64,000 nucleotides of DNA, from IMG/VR virus record IMGVR_UViG_3300027754_000042; one strand, 5' to 3'. This DNA comes from a virus. The translations under genes and the position numbers were made by a program. The notes below the pieces were generated by a model. It was given only the letters and a program-made list of their open reading frames with translations. It made no database searches and was not told the origin of the DNA. This document shows positions 40,378 through 49,383 of this stretch, piece after piece. Every line of letters starts with the position of its first letter. Position 1 is the stretch's first letter.

Positions 40378-40923
40378 ATGTCAGTATATCAGAATCAACC
40401 AGATAACATCAATATGCTCGGGCAAAATGGTTTTCAGTTTGCTATCAAGCGACTGCCAACCGTGAACTATTTTGCTCAAGCTGTTTCTATTCCAGCCATC
40501 TCTATGAATGCTATTGAGTCACCAACTCCATTTGCGTTTGTACCACGCCCAGGAGATAGATTGACTTATGATCCATTGTCTGTTACATTTAAGGTTGATG
40601 AGGATCTAAAGAACTATTTTGAAATTCAGAAGTGGCTTGTTGGTCTTGGGCACCCTGACGATCTTGGGCAGACACGCGACCTATCAAAAGACATTCGTAA
40701 TAACTCAGTTGGTTTTAGACCAGTTGGTAATGCAACAACATTCGTATCAGACGCAGTTCTTTCTGTCTTGACCAGTGCTAAGAATTTAAATATCAATATC
40801 TTCTTTTATGATTGCTTCCCAATCTCACTTACAGAACTAGCATTTACGTCTACCAATACAACAATTGATTATCTCGAAGCGACAGCGGTATTCAGATATC
40901 GTAAATATGCCCTAGACGAGTAA
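40378..40923 (+). CDS. gp3: Tail completion / tube terminator gp3-like
   Basis: F.F.I.RLP.VNYF.Q, PGD.L.YDPL.V.F.VDEDL.NY.EI..W, F..CFP.SL; true start is ATG 40378, not 39964. Confidence 0.88.
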   Translation: MSVYQNQPDNINMLGQNGFQFAIKRLPTVNYFAQAVSIPAISMNAIESPTPFAFVPRPGDRLTYDPLSVTFKVDEDLKNYFEIQKWLVGLGHPDDLGQTRDLSKDIRNNSVGFRPVGNATTFVSDAVLSVLTSAKNLNINIFFYDCFPISLTELAFTSTNTTIDYLEATAVFRYRKYALDE

Positions 40924-40927
40924 TAGA

Positions 40928-40957
40928 CTGACCCGATACAACATCCTTATTATACCT
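40928..40957. repeat. 30 bp element, copy 2
   Basis: 28/30 identical to 762-791. Confidence 0.9.
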
Positions 40958-40977
40958 CAGATATAGTCGTTTGTCAA
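40949..40977 (-). promoter_or_regulatory. Perfect sigma70 promoter on the minus strand, antisense to gp3/gp23
   Basis: + strand tgtcaa 40972-40977 and attata 40949-40954, 17 bp spacer. Confidence 0.75.
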
Positions 40978-40990
40978 TACAAATAATGCA

Positions 40991-41019
40991 TTGACAAAGC
41001 TCAAACTTAATGGTATTAT
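40991..41019 (+). promoter_or_regulatory. Sigma70-type promoter for uvsY
   Basis: TTGACA-17-TATTAT with TGn extension. Confidence 0.8.
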
Positions 41020-41025
41020 ATACAT

Positions 41026-41463
41026 ATGAAACTTGAAGATATCCTTGAGAACTGGTCAAAAGACGCGCTATATGACGATCTTAACCTAGATCGCGATAGC
41101 CTCGCAATCTCTTCCCTTCACGCCAAATATATTCAAATCTTAGCCATTGAAAGGTCGCTTCTGAGATCATGCATGGCTAAGAAAAAAGGTCTGTATAAGG
41201 ACTTGCGTGAGTATTACCTTGGTTCACTAAACAATCCCGATGACCTCGAGCGCATGAGCCGTGAACCTTTTCTTCACAAGGTGTTGAAGAATGAGGTTCA
41301 TAACTATGTGGATTCTGATAGCGAATTGATGAAGCTAGACAACCGCATCTCTATGCAGGAAGAAAAGGTAGAGACACTAACCTCAATCATCAAAGCAATT
41401 CATCAGCGTGGTTATGATATCAAGTCCGCTATTGAGTGGAGAAAGTTCACGAATGGATTCTGA
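41026..41463 (+). CDS. uvsY: Recombination mediator UvsY
   Basis: W..D, LHAKY, YY.G, PF..KVLK, IKSAIEWRKF; upstream of uvsW. Confidence 0.88.
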   Translation: MKLEDILENWSKDALYDDLNLDRDSLAISSLHAKYIQILAIERSLLRSCMAKKKGLYKDLREYYLGSLNNPDDLERMSREPFLHKVLKNEVHNYVDSDSELMKLDNRISMQEEKVETLTSIIKAIHQRGYDIKSAIEWRKFTNGF

Positions 41464-42943
41464 TATCAGATTGCACAAAGTAAATGAAGCTTTTATTAGT
41501 GTTGAGTGTGACCCTGGTATTGCAAGAGAACTGGCTGAGCATCTTACGTTTGAAGTGCCTGGTGCTAAGTATAGCCCCGCATTCAAAGCAAAACATTGGG
41601 ACGGTAAGATCCGTCTATTCAACTCTCGCAACAATCAAATCTACCACGGCCTCTCACGCGAGGTAATGCGTTGGGGGCAAGAGCATGATTACACCGTAGA
41701 GTCGGTTGATGGTTTTGACGCAACAGAAGAATTCTCACTGGCTGAAGCTAAAGAATTTGCACATTCGCTCGGGCTTCCGTTCGAACCCCACGATCATCAA
41801 CTACGCGCATTTGCTCTTGCTGTTAGGAACAAACGCTGTGTTTTGGTTTCTCCTACTGGTTCTGGTAAATCACTTATCATCTATCTTTTGACGAGGTACT
41901 ATGACTGCCGTACTCTTATTATTGTGCCAACTATTTCTTTGGTGCACCAGTTGTATTCTGATTTTGCCGACTATGGTTTTGTATCTGATGAGTTCGTTCA
42001 CCGAATTTTTGGAGGGCAAGACAAACAAACAGATAAACCAGTTGTTATCTCAACCTGGCAATCCGTTTACGAAATGGATAAAAGATTTTTCGAATCTTTT
42101 GAGTTGATTGTCGGTGACGAAGCACATCTGTTCAAAGCACAGAGCCTTACTAAGATTATGACGTCCATGGTCAATACTCAGTATCGCTTTGGTCTCACGG
42201 GTACGCTTGATGGCTCACAGGTCAATGAATTGGTACTCGAAGGTCTGTTTGGTCCAGCAACCAAGATCATCTCCTCACGCGAACTAATGGATAAAGGCAC
42301 ACTTGCTGATTTGAAAATCAAAGTTCTGGTGTTGAATCATCCTGTTGCAGAAGCAAAGAAACTAAAAGGTGGTACATATCAAGATGAAATTGCACACATT
42401 ATTTCTTTTGAACCTCGCAATAAATTCATTCGTAATCTTGCTGTATCTCTCGCGGGGAATACACTGATCCTTTATTCATATGTTGAAAAGCACGGTGCTA
42501 TTTTGTATGATATGATCGGTGAGAAAGCAGGCAATCGCAAGGTGTTTTTCGTTCACGGTGGCGTTGATGGTGAAGAGCGTGAGGCCATCCGCGCTATCGT
42601 TGAGAAGGAAAAAGATGCTATCATCGTTGCGTCCTACGGCACCTTTAGTACAGGCATAAATATCAAGAACCTACATAATGTCATATTCGCAAGCCCAACT
42701 AAAAGCCGCGTTAGAACTATGCAATCAGTCGGGCGCGGCTTGCGCGTATCGGATACCAAAGACAGTATGACACTATTTGATATTGCAGACAATCTTACTA
42801 TCGGCAATAATAAGAACTTCACATTGAACCACCTTATTGAACGTGTGAAGATGTACAACTCTGAGGGGTTTGCATATGAAATGCACACCATCAAACTAAA
42901 GGAGAGTTCTAATGACCGAAGTGTATTATTTGAAGATGAATAA
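41453..42943 (+). CDS. uvsW: SF2 DNA helicase UvsW
   Basis: WDGKIRLF, SPTGSGKS, DEAH, GLTGT, QSVGRGLR; likely start ATG 41453. Confidence 0.95.
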   Translation: MDSDIRLHKVNEAFISVECDPGIARELAEHLTFEVPGAKYSPAFKAKHWDGKIRLFNSRNNQIYHGLSREVMRWGQEHDYTVESVDGFDATEEFSLAEAKEFAHSLGLPFEPHDHQLRAFALAVRNKRCVLVSPTGSGKSLIIYLLTRYYDCRTLIIVPTISLVHQLYSDFADYGFVSDEFVHRIFGGQDKQTDKPVVISTWQSVYEMDKRFFESFELIVGDEAHLFKAQSLTKIMTSMVNTQYRFGLTGTLDGSQVNELVLEGLFGPATKIISSRELMDKGTLADLKIKVLVLNHPVAEAKKLKGGTYQDEIAHIISFEPRNKFIRNLAVSLAGNTLILYSYVEKHGAILYDMIGEKAGNRKVFFVHGGVDGEEREAIRAIVEKEKDAIIVASYGTFSTGINIKNLHNVIFASPTKSRVRTMQSVGRGLRVSDTKDSMTLFDIADNLTIGNNKNFTLNHLIERVKMYNSEGFAYEMHTIKLKESSNDRSVLFEDE

Positions 42944-43274
42944 CGGTGATGATCTCCTATGCACCTACGAAGGTGAGGACGAGGATTGTCTTTATGTTTG
43001 TCAGCCATTCGTCGTTGATGCCACACCAAATCTTGACACTGGCATATTGACAACAACTATAATGCGTTGGATTCCATTTGATTCGCTCATGGAAACCAAA
43101 ATAACTATTGACAAATGCAACGTAATGGTGTATTCTCAAGTAGAATTAGATATCGCAGAACGCTACCAACGCACCCTTATTATGCTGGAAGAGAAGCGTA
43201 AGTATGAAGCGCGCCAAGAAATGATTCGCGATATGGCCGAATCTGCAAATGGCATTAGCTTATCAATCCACTAG
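42912..43274 (+). CDS. Conserved hypothetical protein between uvsW and gp55
   Basis: AAGGAG RBS; LKM.NGDDL, RWIPF. Confidence 0.7.
   Translation: MTEVYYLKMNNGDDLLCTYEGEDEDCLYVCQPFVVDATPNLDTGILTTTIMRWIPFDSLMETKITIDKCNVMVYSQVELDIAERYQRTLIMLEEKRKYEARQEMIRDMAESANGISLSIH
43108..43136 (+). promoter_or_regulatory. Intragenic sigma70-type promoter upstream of gp55
   Basis: TTGACA-17-TATTCT. Confidence 0.5.
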
Positions 43275-43283
43275 GAGTATATT

Positions 43284-43874
43284 ATGACTGAAGAATTAGC
43301 GCCAATTACCTATGCCAAACCACCTAAGAAGAAAAAGCATTATGTGAATAATGTCGATTTGTTTGATGCCTTGGTAATTCATAGAGTTAAGGTGCAAGAG
43401 GCTAAGGAATCTGGTAAGCAATTGCCTCGCATCCCGCATTATATCGGCGAAGCGATTATGAAGATTGCGACACACCTTGCGTACAAGCCAAACTTCTCAA
43501 ACTACACATTCCGCGAGGAAATGATTTCAGATGGCATCGAGAATTGCCTGCTGTATCTGAATAACTTTGACCCTGCGAAATCTAAGAACCCATTCGCATA
43601 CTTCACACAGATTATTTACTTTGCATTCCTTCGCCGTATTCAGCGTGAGAAGCGTCACCTATATACCAAGTATGCAGCCATCGAGCAAGCAAACATTATG
43701 GGTGCTACATCTGAAAATCAAGGCGGTGATATTAGGTCTTATGATACGGACATCAAGTATGGTGAGTGGTCACAAGAACAGATGGAACGCTTTATGAAAG
43801 ACTTTGAAGATTCCAGCATTGCTAAGAAAGCTAAGGCGGCTGAAACTAAAGAAGCGAAGGTGAATCCACAATGA
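43284..43874 (+). CDS. gp55: Late-transcription sigma factor gp55
   Basis: HYVNN, YIGE..MKIA..L..KPNF.NYTFREEMISDGIENC, NPFAYFTQI.YFAFLRRI..EK. Confidence 0.96.
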   Translation: MTEELAPITYAKPPKKKKHYVNNVDLFDALVIHRVKVQEAKESGKQLPRIPHYIGEAIMKIATHLAYKPNFSNYTFREEMISDGIENCLLYLNNFDPAKSKNPFAYFTQIIYFAFLRRIQREKRHLYTKYAAIEQANIMGATSENQGGDIRSYDTDIKYGEWSQEQMERFMKDFEDSSIAKKAKAAETKEAKVNPQ

Positions 43875-44929
43875 AGATTGCACTTATCACTGATACGCAC
43901 TGGGGTGTGCGTAATGACAATTCCACATTTCTCGACAACAACAAGAAATTCTTAGATGACATTTTCTTTCCGTATCTCGATACTCATGGCATTGACACTG
44001 TTATCCATCTCGGTGATTTGGTTGACCGTCGTAAATATCTTAATATCAATACAGCTAAGCGACTACGAGAAGATTTTATTAGACCGCTACACCAAAGAGA
44101 AATCCGCCCTCATCTTATCATCGGAAATCACGATACCTATTTCAAAAATACCAACTCTGTAAATTCAATCAGAGAAATCTATGGAAATGATTTCTGTATC
44201 TATGAGTCCGCTAGAGAGGTAAAAGTTGATGGCGTTCCAATTCTTTTCATTCCATGGATCTGCGATGATAACCGCGATGAAACGCTACAGCTTATCAGCA
44301 CAACAAACGCTCAAATCTGCATGGGCCACCTCGAGCTTGCAGGTTTTGAAATGTATCGAGGTAGTCCAGTCAGCCATGGAGATGATCGTGGTTTGTTTGG
44401 TAGGTTCGACATGGTACTTAGCGGTCATTATCATCACAGGTCTTCTGCTGGGAACATTCACTACCTTGGTAGCCATGCTGAGTTTACTTGGAGCGACTAC
44501 GATGACCCCAAAGGATTCCATATCCTTGATACGGAAACTCGTGAACTGGCGTTTATAGAAAACCCATTCAAGATGTTCCGCAAAATGTGGTACAATGACA
44601 AAGACATTACCACCGAAGCTTTGCTTGACAGAGACTTTTCAAAATACGCAGGTGCGTATGTGAAGCTTATCGTGCAGGGTAAAGATAATCCTTTCGCGTT
44701 CGATTTGTTTACCACGAAACTTTATGAAGCCAATCCTATCGAAGTGGTAATCGTTGAAGACCATCGCAACATGGACACCATTGACGAGAATGACCTATTG
44801 AACGAGGCCGAAGATACCCTTACGATTTTGTCTAAGTATATTGGCACACTAGAAACAAGCGTTGACACAAAAGAGCTTGACAATCTAATGCATTCTCTAT
44901 ACAATGAAGCAATGAAAATGGAAGTTTGA
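43871..44929 (+). CDS. gp47: Recombination endonuclease gp47 (Mre11/SbcD-like)
   Basis: DTHWG, GDLVD, GNHD, GHLE, SGHYH. Confidence 0.95.
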   Translation: MKIALITDTHWGVRNDNSTFLDNNKKFLDDIFFPYLDTHGIDTVIHLGDLVDRRKYLNINTAKRLREDFIRPLHQREIRPHLIIGNHDTYFKNTNSVNSIREIYGNDFCIYESAREVKVDGVPILFIPWICDDNRDETLQLISTTNAQICMGHLELAGFEMYRGSPVSHGDDRGLFGRFDMVLSGHYHHRSSAGNIHYLGSHAEFTWSDYDDPKGFHILDTETRELAFIENPFKMFRKMWYNDKDITTEALLDRDFSKYAGAYVKLIVQGKDNPFAFDLFTTKLYEANPIEVVIVEDHRNMDTIDENDLLNEAEDTLTILSKYIGTLETSVDTKELDNLMHSLYNEAMKMEV

Positions 44930-46638
44930 TGATACATTTTACATCCGTTCGTTGGAAGAATTTTCTATCCACTGGCAACGCCTTCACAGAGATTTCACTA
45001 GATGCCAATCCATCAACGCTCATTGTTGGTGAGAATGGTGCTGGTAAATCTACTGTGTTGGATGCATTGTGCTTTTCATTGTATGGTAAGCCATTTCGTA
45101 AGATCAAAAAGGATCAGCTAGTCAACTCGGTCAATGGCCGAGATGTTATCGTTGAAGTTGAGTTTACTATTGGTGATAAGCAATATCTAATTCGGCGTGG
45201 TATCAAGCCAGCTATCTTTGAAATCATAGAGAATGGCAAGCTCCTAGATCAGGAAGCTGCTGCGCGTGATTATCAAGAGATGCTTGAGAAGAATATTCTG
45301 CGGTTGACAATGAAGTCCTTCACGCAGGTTGTCATTCTTGGTTCGTCATCGTTCGTACCATTCATGCAGCTATCAACTAACAATCGCCGTGAGGTCATTG
45401 AAGACCTGTTGGACATCCGTGTGTTCTCGTCAATGGCCTTGCTATTGAAGGATCGCGTCACGGGTGCGCGTGAGAACTACAATCTAAACGAACGCGATAT
45501 GACATCCACATCCGATTCCGTTCTTGTCCAAGAAAAGCTTCGCAAGCAGCAAGAGGATCATAAGGGTGAAAAAATCCAAGAGCGCCGTGAGCGCATTGCT
45601 GAGCTGGAACAAGCTATTGATAGTGCGATGGTCAATGCACAGGAAGAGCAAGAAACTATCGCACAGCTAACCGAGTCTACAGATGACCACGATTCTGTGA
45701 TTGAGAGGCAACGCAAGCTCCTCGCGTTAGAGAAAAGCTTGACACTAAAGAAGACTAACGCAAAGAAGTCAATCGCATTCTACCACGATAACAATGAGTG
45801 CCCAACATGCACACAGGATATCGACCAAGCAATCAAGTGTGAGAAGATAGATGAAAAAGAAAAAACAATTGCAGAGATCGAAGCTGCGCTCACTAAGCTA
45901 TCTGGAGAAATTGCAACATGCGAAGCTCGTAGAGAAGCGATTGAGCGAGTACTTCGGCAAATCCATAAACATCAATCGAGCCTCAATAGCATCCAAGCCG
46001 ATGTTCGCACAAGCCAAAAAGAAATCTCTATCTGGCAAAAAGAAATTGAAGGCCTCGAGAAAGAGACCGTCATTACCAGTCACGACGAAATCATCAAAGA
46101 CCTACAAGAGAAATATAGCAATCTCTTGGAACGCAAAAAGCATCTACTTGCACAGAGAGAAATGCACGATCTGGCAGGAATAATTCTGCGCGACTCAGGT
46201 ATCAAGTCTCGAATCATCAAGCAATATGTGCCCGTTATCAATACGCTTGTCAACAAGTACCTTGCTGCTATGGATTTCTTTGTCAAGTTCGAACTAAACG
46301 AGCAATTTGAAGAAAAGATTTTGTCACGCCATCGCGATGATTTCACATACGATTCATTTAGCGAAGGCGAAAAAATGCGTATCGACCTTTCGCTATTGTT
46401 TACATGGCGTTCCATCGCTCGTATGAAGAATAGCGTCAACACCAATCTACTTATCCTCGATGAGGTTTTTGATGCCTCGCTTGATGCTAACGGTTGTGAC
46501 GAGTTTCTGAAGCTTATACATAATGTGGAAGACACCAACATCTTCGTCATCTCTCATAAGGGCGATGTTCTACAAGATAAGTTCACAAGCACACTCCGAT
46601 TCACAAAACAGAAAAACTTTAGTAGGATGATATCATGA
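44926..46638 (+). CDS. gp46: Recombination ATPase gp46 (Rad50/SbcC-like)
   Basis: GENGAGKST, CPTC zinc hook, FSEGEK signature, LILDEVFD. Confidence 0.96.
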   Translation: MMIHFTSVRWKNFLSTGNAFTEISLDANPSTLIVGENGAGKSTVLDALCFSLYGKPFRKIKKDQLVNSVNGRDVIVEVEFTIGDKQYLIRRGIKPAIFEIIENGKLLDQEAAARDYQEMLEKNILRLTMKSFTQVVILGSSSFVPFMQLSTNNRREVIEDLLDIRVFSSMALLLKDRVTGARENYNLNERDMTSTSDSVLVQEKLRKQQEDHKGEKIQERRERIAELEQAIDSAMVNAQEEQETIAQLTESTDDHDSVIERQRKLLALEKSLTLKKTNAKKSIAFYHDNNECPTCTQDIDQAIKCEKIDEKEKTIAEIEAALTKLSGEIATCEARREAIERVLRQIHKHQSSLNSIQADVRTSQKEISIWQKEIEGLEKETVITSHDEIIKDLQEKYSNLLERKKHLLAQREMHDLAGIILRDSGIKSRIIKQYVPVINTLVNKYLAAMDFFVKFELNEQFEEKILSRHRDDFTYDSFSEGEKMRIDLSLLFTWRSIARMKNSVNTNLLILDEVFDASLDANGCDEFLKLIHNVEDTNIFVISHKGDVLQDKFTSTLRFTKQKNFSRMIS

Positions 46639-47162
46639 TTATTCCGGGCAACGATCCACGTTTGAAGCAAGTGTGTAAGCCATTCAATTTTGATGTTGGC
46701 TACACAATGGAAGATGGTAGCATCCTCTCAGCCGAGAAGCTTTTCTATCTTCTCAAAGAACAGATGATTGCTAACAAAGGTGTAGGTTTGTCTGCTTGTC
46801 AGATTGGCATTATGACACGCGCATTTGTTATTGGCAACTTTACCGACCCCGATAGTGTGATTTCTGTTTTCAATCCGCGCATCGTAACAATGAATGATGA
46901 TACTGTTGTGTATGAAGAGGGTTGCATTTCATACCCTGGTTTGTTTATGAAAGTGAAGCGCCCCAAAGAGTTTGAGGTTCGTTTCTCTGGTTGGGATGGC
47001 GTTGCTGGTACCACGATGTTCAAGGGCTACACAGCCAGAGTATTTCTCCATGAGCTAGACCATCTCGATGGCATTACCTTTCAAAGTAAGGCTAGTCGTT
47101 TTCATTTGGAACAAGCTATCAATCAATTAAAGAAAATGAATAGAATAAAGAAACATGCATAG
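46635..47162 (+). CDS. def: Peptide deformylase
   Basis: GVGLSACQIG, EGCIS, HELDHLDG. Confidence 0.93.
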   Translation: MIIPGNDPRLKQVCKPFNFDVGYTMEDGSILSAEKLFYLLKEQMIANKGVGLSACQIGIMTRAFVIGNFTDPDSVISVFNPRIVTMNDDTVVYEEGCISYPGLFMKVKRPKEFEVRFSGWDGVAGTTMFKGYTARVFLHELDHLDGITFQSKASRFHLEQAINQLKKMNRIKKHA

Positions 47163-47169
47163 AAAACGC

Positions 47170-47198
47170 TTGACAAACTCTTCAAATCTGTTTATAAT
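47170..47198 (+). promoter_or_regulatory. Perfect sigma70 promoter for the C5-MTase/cmoA-like operon
   Basis: TTGACA 47170-47175, 17 bp, TATAAT 47193-47198. Confidence 0.85.
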
Positions 47199-47212
47199 GC
47201 AAATAATAGAGA

Positions 47213-48508
47213 TTGGACAAAACATTGACAAAATATATTCCATACACAGTTGACGATATCAAAAAGTCTTCAGCCCGAGAGCTATTCACCGTCGTATCCA
47301 CTTTTGCTGGTGGTGGTGGTTCATCAACTGGCTATCGCATCGCCGGCGGTAAAGTTATTGCCATGAATGAATTTGTAGAAGAAGCCATAAAAACATATTC
47401 AACAAATTTTCCAGATACCAAGATTATCCCAGGCGATATCAAAAAGCTTACTGGGCTTGATTTTCTTCGTGAAGCAAATCTCAAGCCTGGTGAACTTGAT
47501 ATCTTCGATGGGTCACCTCCTTGCTCCGCGTTCTCTGTTGCTGGTAAACGAGAGAAGCAATGGAAGGGTGCTATAAAGAAAACCGATAGCTCGTTTGAGA
47601 TTGACGAATATGGTGAGCTAGAATTCGTCGAGGGTGAGACGTTTACGAAAACAGGCATCAAAACTTATAGTGATGGTATGGTTGTTGAAGCTATTGAAGA
47701 TTTATTCCTAGAGTTCGTTCGCATCGCAAAAGATATCAAGCCTAAGGTTATCGTTGCAGAAAACGTCAAGGGTATCACAATGGGCGAAGCGCGCAAGAAG
47801 CTTGTAGAGTTTCAGAACGCATTTGAAAACATTGAACCTGGTTATGTTGTCACGCATCACGTTTTGAGCGCCGCAAATTATGGAGTTCCGCAAGCGCGTG
47901 AGAGACTGTTCTTTGTCTGTGTGCGTAGTGATGTTGCTAGTGTGATCGGTATGAACTGGATGAATGCCGAGACAATGACAAAGCCACCCGAAACAACTCC
48001 TATCATTCGTTCTGGTGGGCGTCGTCTAAGCGAGAATAGTCAACACATCTCATTGCGCGAAGCAATTGAAGATATCGAAAATGATCCTGAAGAAATCCAG
48101 ATGCTTAAGGATTATGTGATGGGTGGCTTTCAAAAAGATTGGATCACGAAGCTTCCATTTAATCCCAAGCGTCATACCAAGCCGAGCGATACTGAGTATC
48201 GGTCATGGAATCCTACAGGTTCATGTTTCAATATGATTCGCCCTTGCCCAGAACTTCCATGCCCTACTCTAACGCAGAGAGGGCAACAGCTTTCTGTGTC
48301 TGGTGTGTTTCATTACGCAGAGAATAGAAAGTTTACCATCAAAGAGTTGAAACGAATCATGAGTCTTCCAGAAGACTACATATTGTCTGGAAACTTTGAT
48401 AAGCAAGCAGAACGAATCGGGCGCATGGTTGCTCCTAAAATGATGGGTGCGCTTGCGTCTAACATCTACAATAAAATATTGAAACCCTATAAGGAAGCTA
48501 CACAATGA
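47213..48508 (+). CDS. C5-cytosine DNA methyltransferase family enzyme, predicted carboxymethyltransferase (motif X GRMV); start codon uncertain
   Basis: Motifs I FAGGGG, IV GSPPCSAFS, VI ENVKG, VIII PQARERLF, IX R.FTIKELKRIMSLPEDY, X IGRMVAP. Confidence 0.9.
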   Translation: MDKTLTKYIPYTVDDIKKSSARELFTVVSTFAGGGGSSTGYRIAGGKVIAMNEFVEEAIKTYSTNFPDTKIIPGDIKKLTGLDFLREANLKPGELDIFDGSPPCSAFSVAGKREKQWKGAIKKTDSSFEIDEYGELEFVEGETFTKTGIKTYSDGMVVEAIEDLFLEFVRIAKDIKPKVIVAENVKGITMGEARKKLVEFQNAFENIEPGYVVTHHVLSAANYGVPQARERLFFVCVRSDVASVIGMNWMNAETMTKPPETTPIIRSGGRRLSENSQHISLREAIEDIENDPEEIQMLKDYVMGGFQKDWITKLPFNPKRHTKPSDTEYRSWNPTGSCFNMIRPCPELPCPTLTQRGQQLSVSGVFHYAENRKFTIKELKRIMSLPEDYILSGNFDKQAERIGRMVAPKMMGALASNIYNKILKPYKEATQ

Positions 48509-49197
48509 CAGGTCAGTTCACGTTCGCGACACGCGAAGAAGGCTTTGATACGCACATCGACACATCCATTCGCGGCTACAGTGATCTGTGGCAAGACGTT
48601 GTGGATATCTCCCAGTACTTTGTTGAGAATGATACCAGCGTGGTCGATATTGGTTGCTCGACAGGTAAGATGTTAAAGAGTATGATTAACCAGAACACGT
48701 TTGCACCTAACGCAATTTATACAGGTCTAGAGATTGAACCTGAGTTTTGGGGACCATACGATCAGGACGAAAAGGATTTCGACAACCTCACATATCACAA
48801 GGGTGATGCTAATGGGTATTATTTCGACAACTGTTCATATGTCACGTCCATCTTCACACTTCAGTTCATGCCGTACCATGATCGTATGCATCTAATCAGT
48901 CGCGTATTCAATGGATTGAACCCTGGTGGTGCTTTTGTCTTCGCGGAGAAGACGATGCCTGAGAATGTACGAATCCATGAAATTCGCACCTTTACCTATT
49001 ATGATTACAAGCGCCGCACGTTTACCACCGACGATATCATGGACAAGGAGCATCAGCTCCGTCATATGACCAAACCAAACACCCGTGGCGAGCTAATCAA
49101 GGTCTGTCTAGACGCCGGCTTTCAAGCGGTTGACACCTTCTGGCAGAACCACGCCTTTACAGGGTTCATTGCGTTGAAGGGAACGACACAAAAGTAA
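48505..49197 (+). CDS. cmoA: Carboxy-S-adenosyl-L-methionine synthase, CmoA-like
   Basis: FTF, FD.HI..SI.GY, DIGCSTG, FTLQF, GLNPGGA...EK, AGF....FWQ...F.GFIALK, colinear with E. coli CmoA as recalled; ATGA overlap with the MTase gene. Confidence 0.85.
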   Translation: MTGQFTFATREEGFDTHIDTSIRGYSDLWQDVVDISQYFVENDTSVVDIGCSTGKMLKSMINQNTFAPNAIYTGLEIEPEFWGPYDQDEKDFDNLTYHKGDANGYYFDNCSYVTSIFTLQFMPYHDRMHLISRVFNGLNPGGAFVFAEKTMPENVRIHEIRTFTYYDYKRRTFTTDDIMDKEHQLRHMTKPNTRGELIKVCLDAGFQAVDTFWQNHAFTGFIALKGTTQK

Positions 49198-49262
49198 CAT
49201 AAAATGTTTCAAAAATAATTGAAAAAACACCAAAATACCTGAAAATAATTGGCAAACAATTT

Positions 49263-49301
49263 CAATGGCTTAGCGGAGATGATCCCTAAGCCATTGTTTT
49301 T
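49263..49301 (+). terminator. Hairpin with T-tract closing the MTase-cmoA operon
   Basis: caatggcttag ... ctaagccattg (11 bp perfect inverted repeat) followed by ttttt. Confidence 0.7.
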
Positions 49302-49317
49302 GCTTGTTTTTCTAGCC

Positions 49318-49346
49318 TTGACAATGAGGTGGTTCTTTGCTATTAT
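49318..49346 (+). promoter_or_regulatory. Early sigma70 promoter
   Basis: TTGACA-17-TATTAT with TGn extension; A-rich upstream sequence. Confidence 0.82.
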
Positions 49347-49383
49347 AAGAATATAAGATGAATTGAAAGACGAGAGACACACC

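Noticed and set aside
48505-49197. cmoA as a tRNA-modification auxiliary gene
   Set aside because: No cmoB or tRNA in the window, and it is translationally coupled to a DNA C5-MTase carrying the Cx-SAM-type substitution. A tRNA role via host CmoB is not formally excluded.
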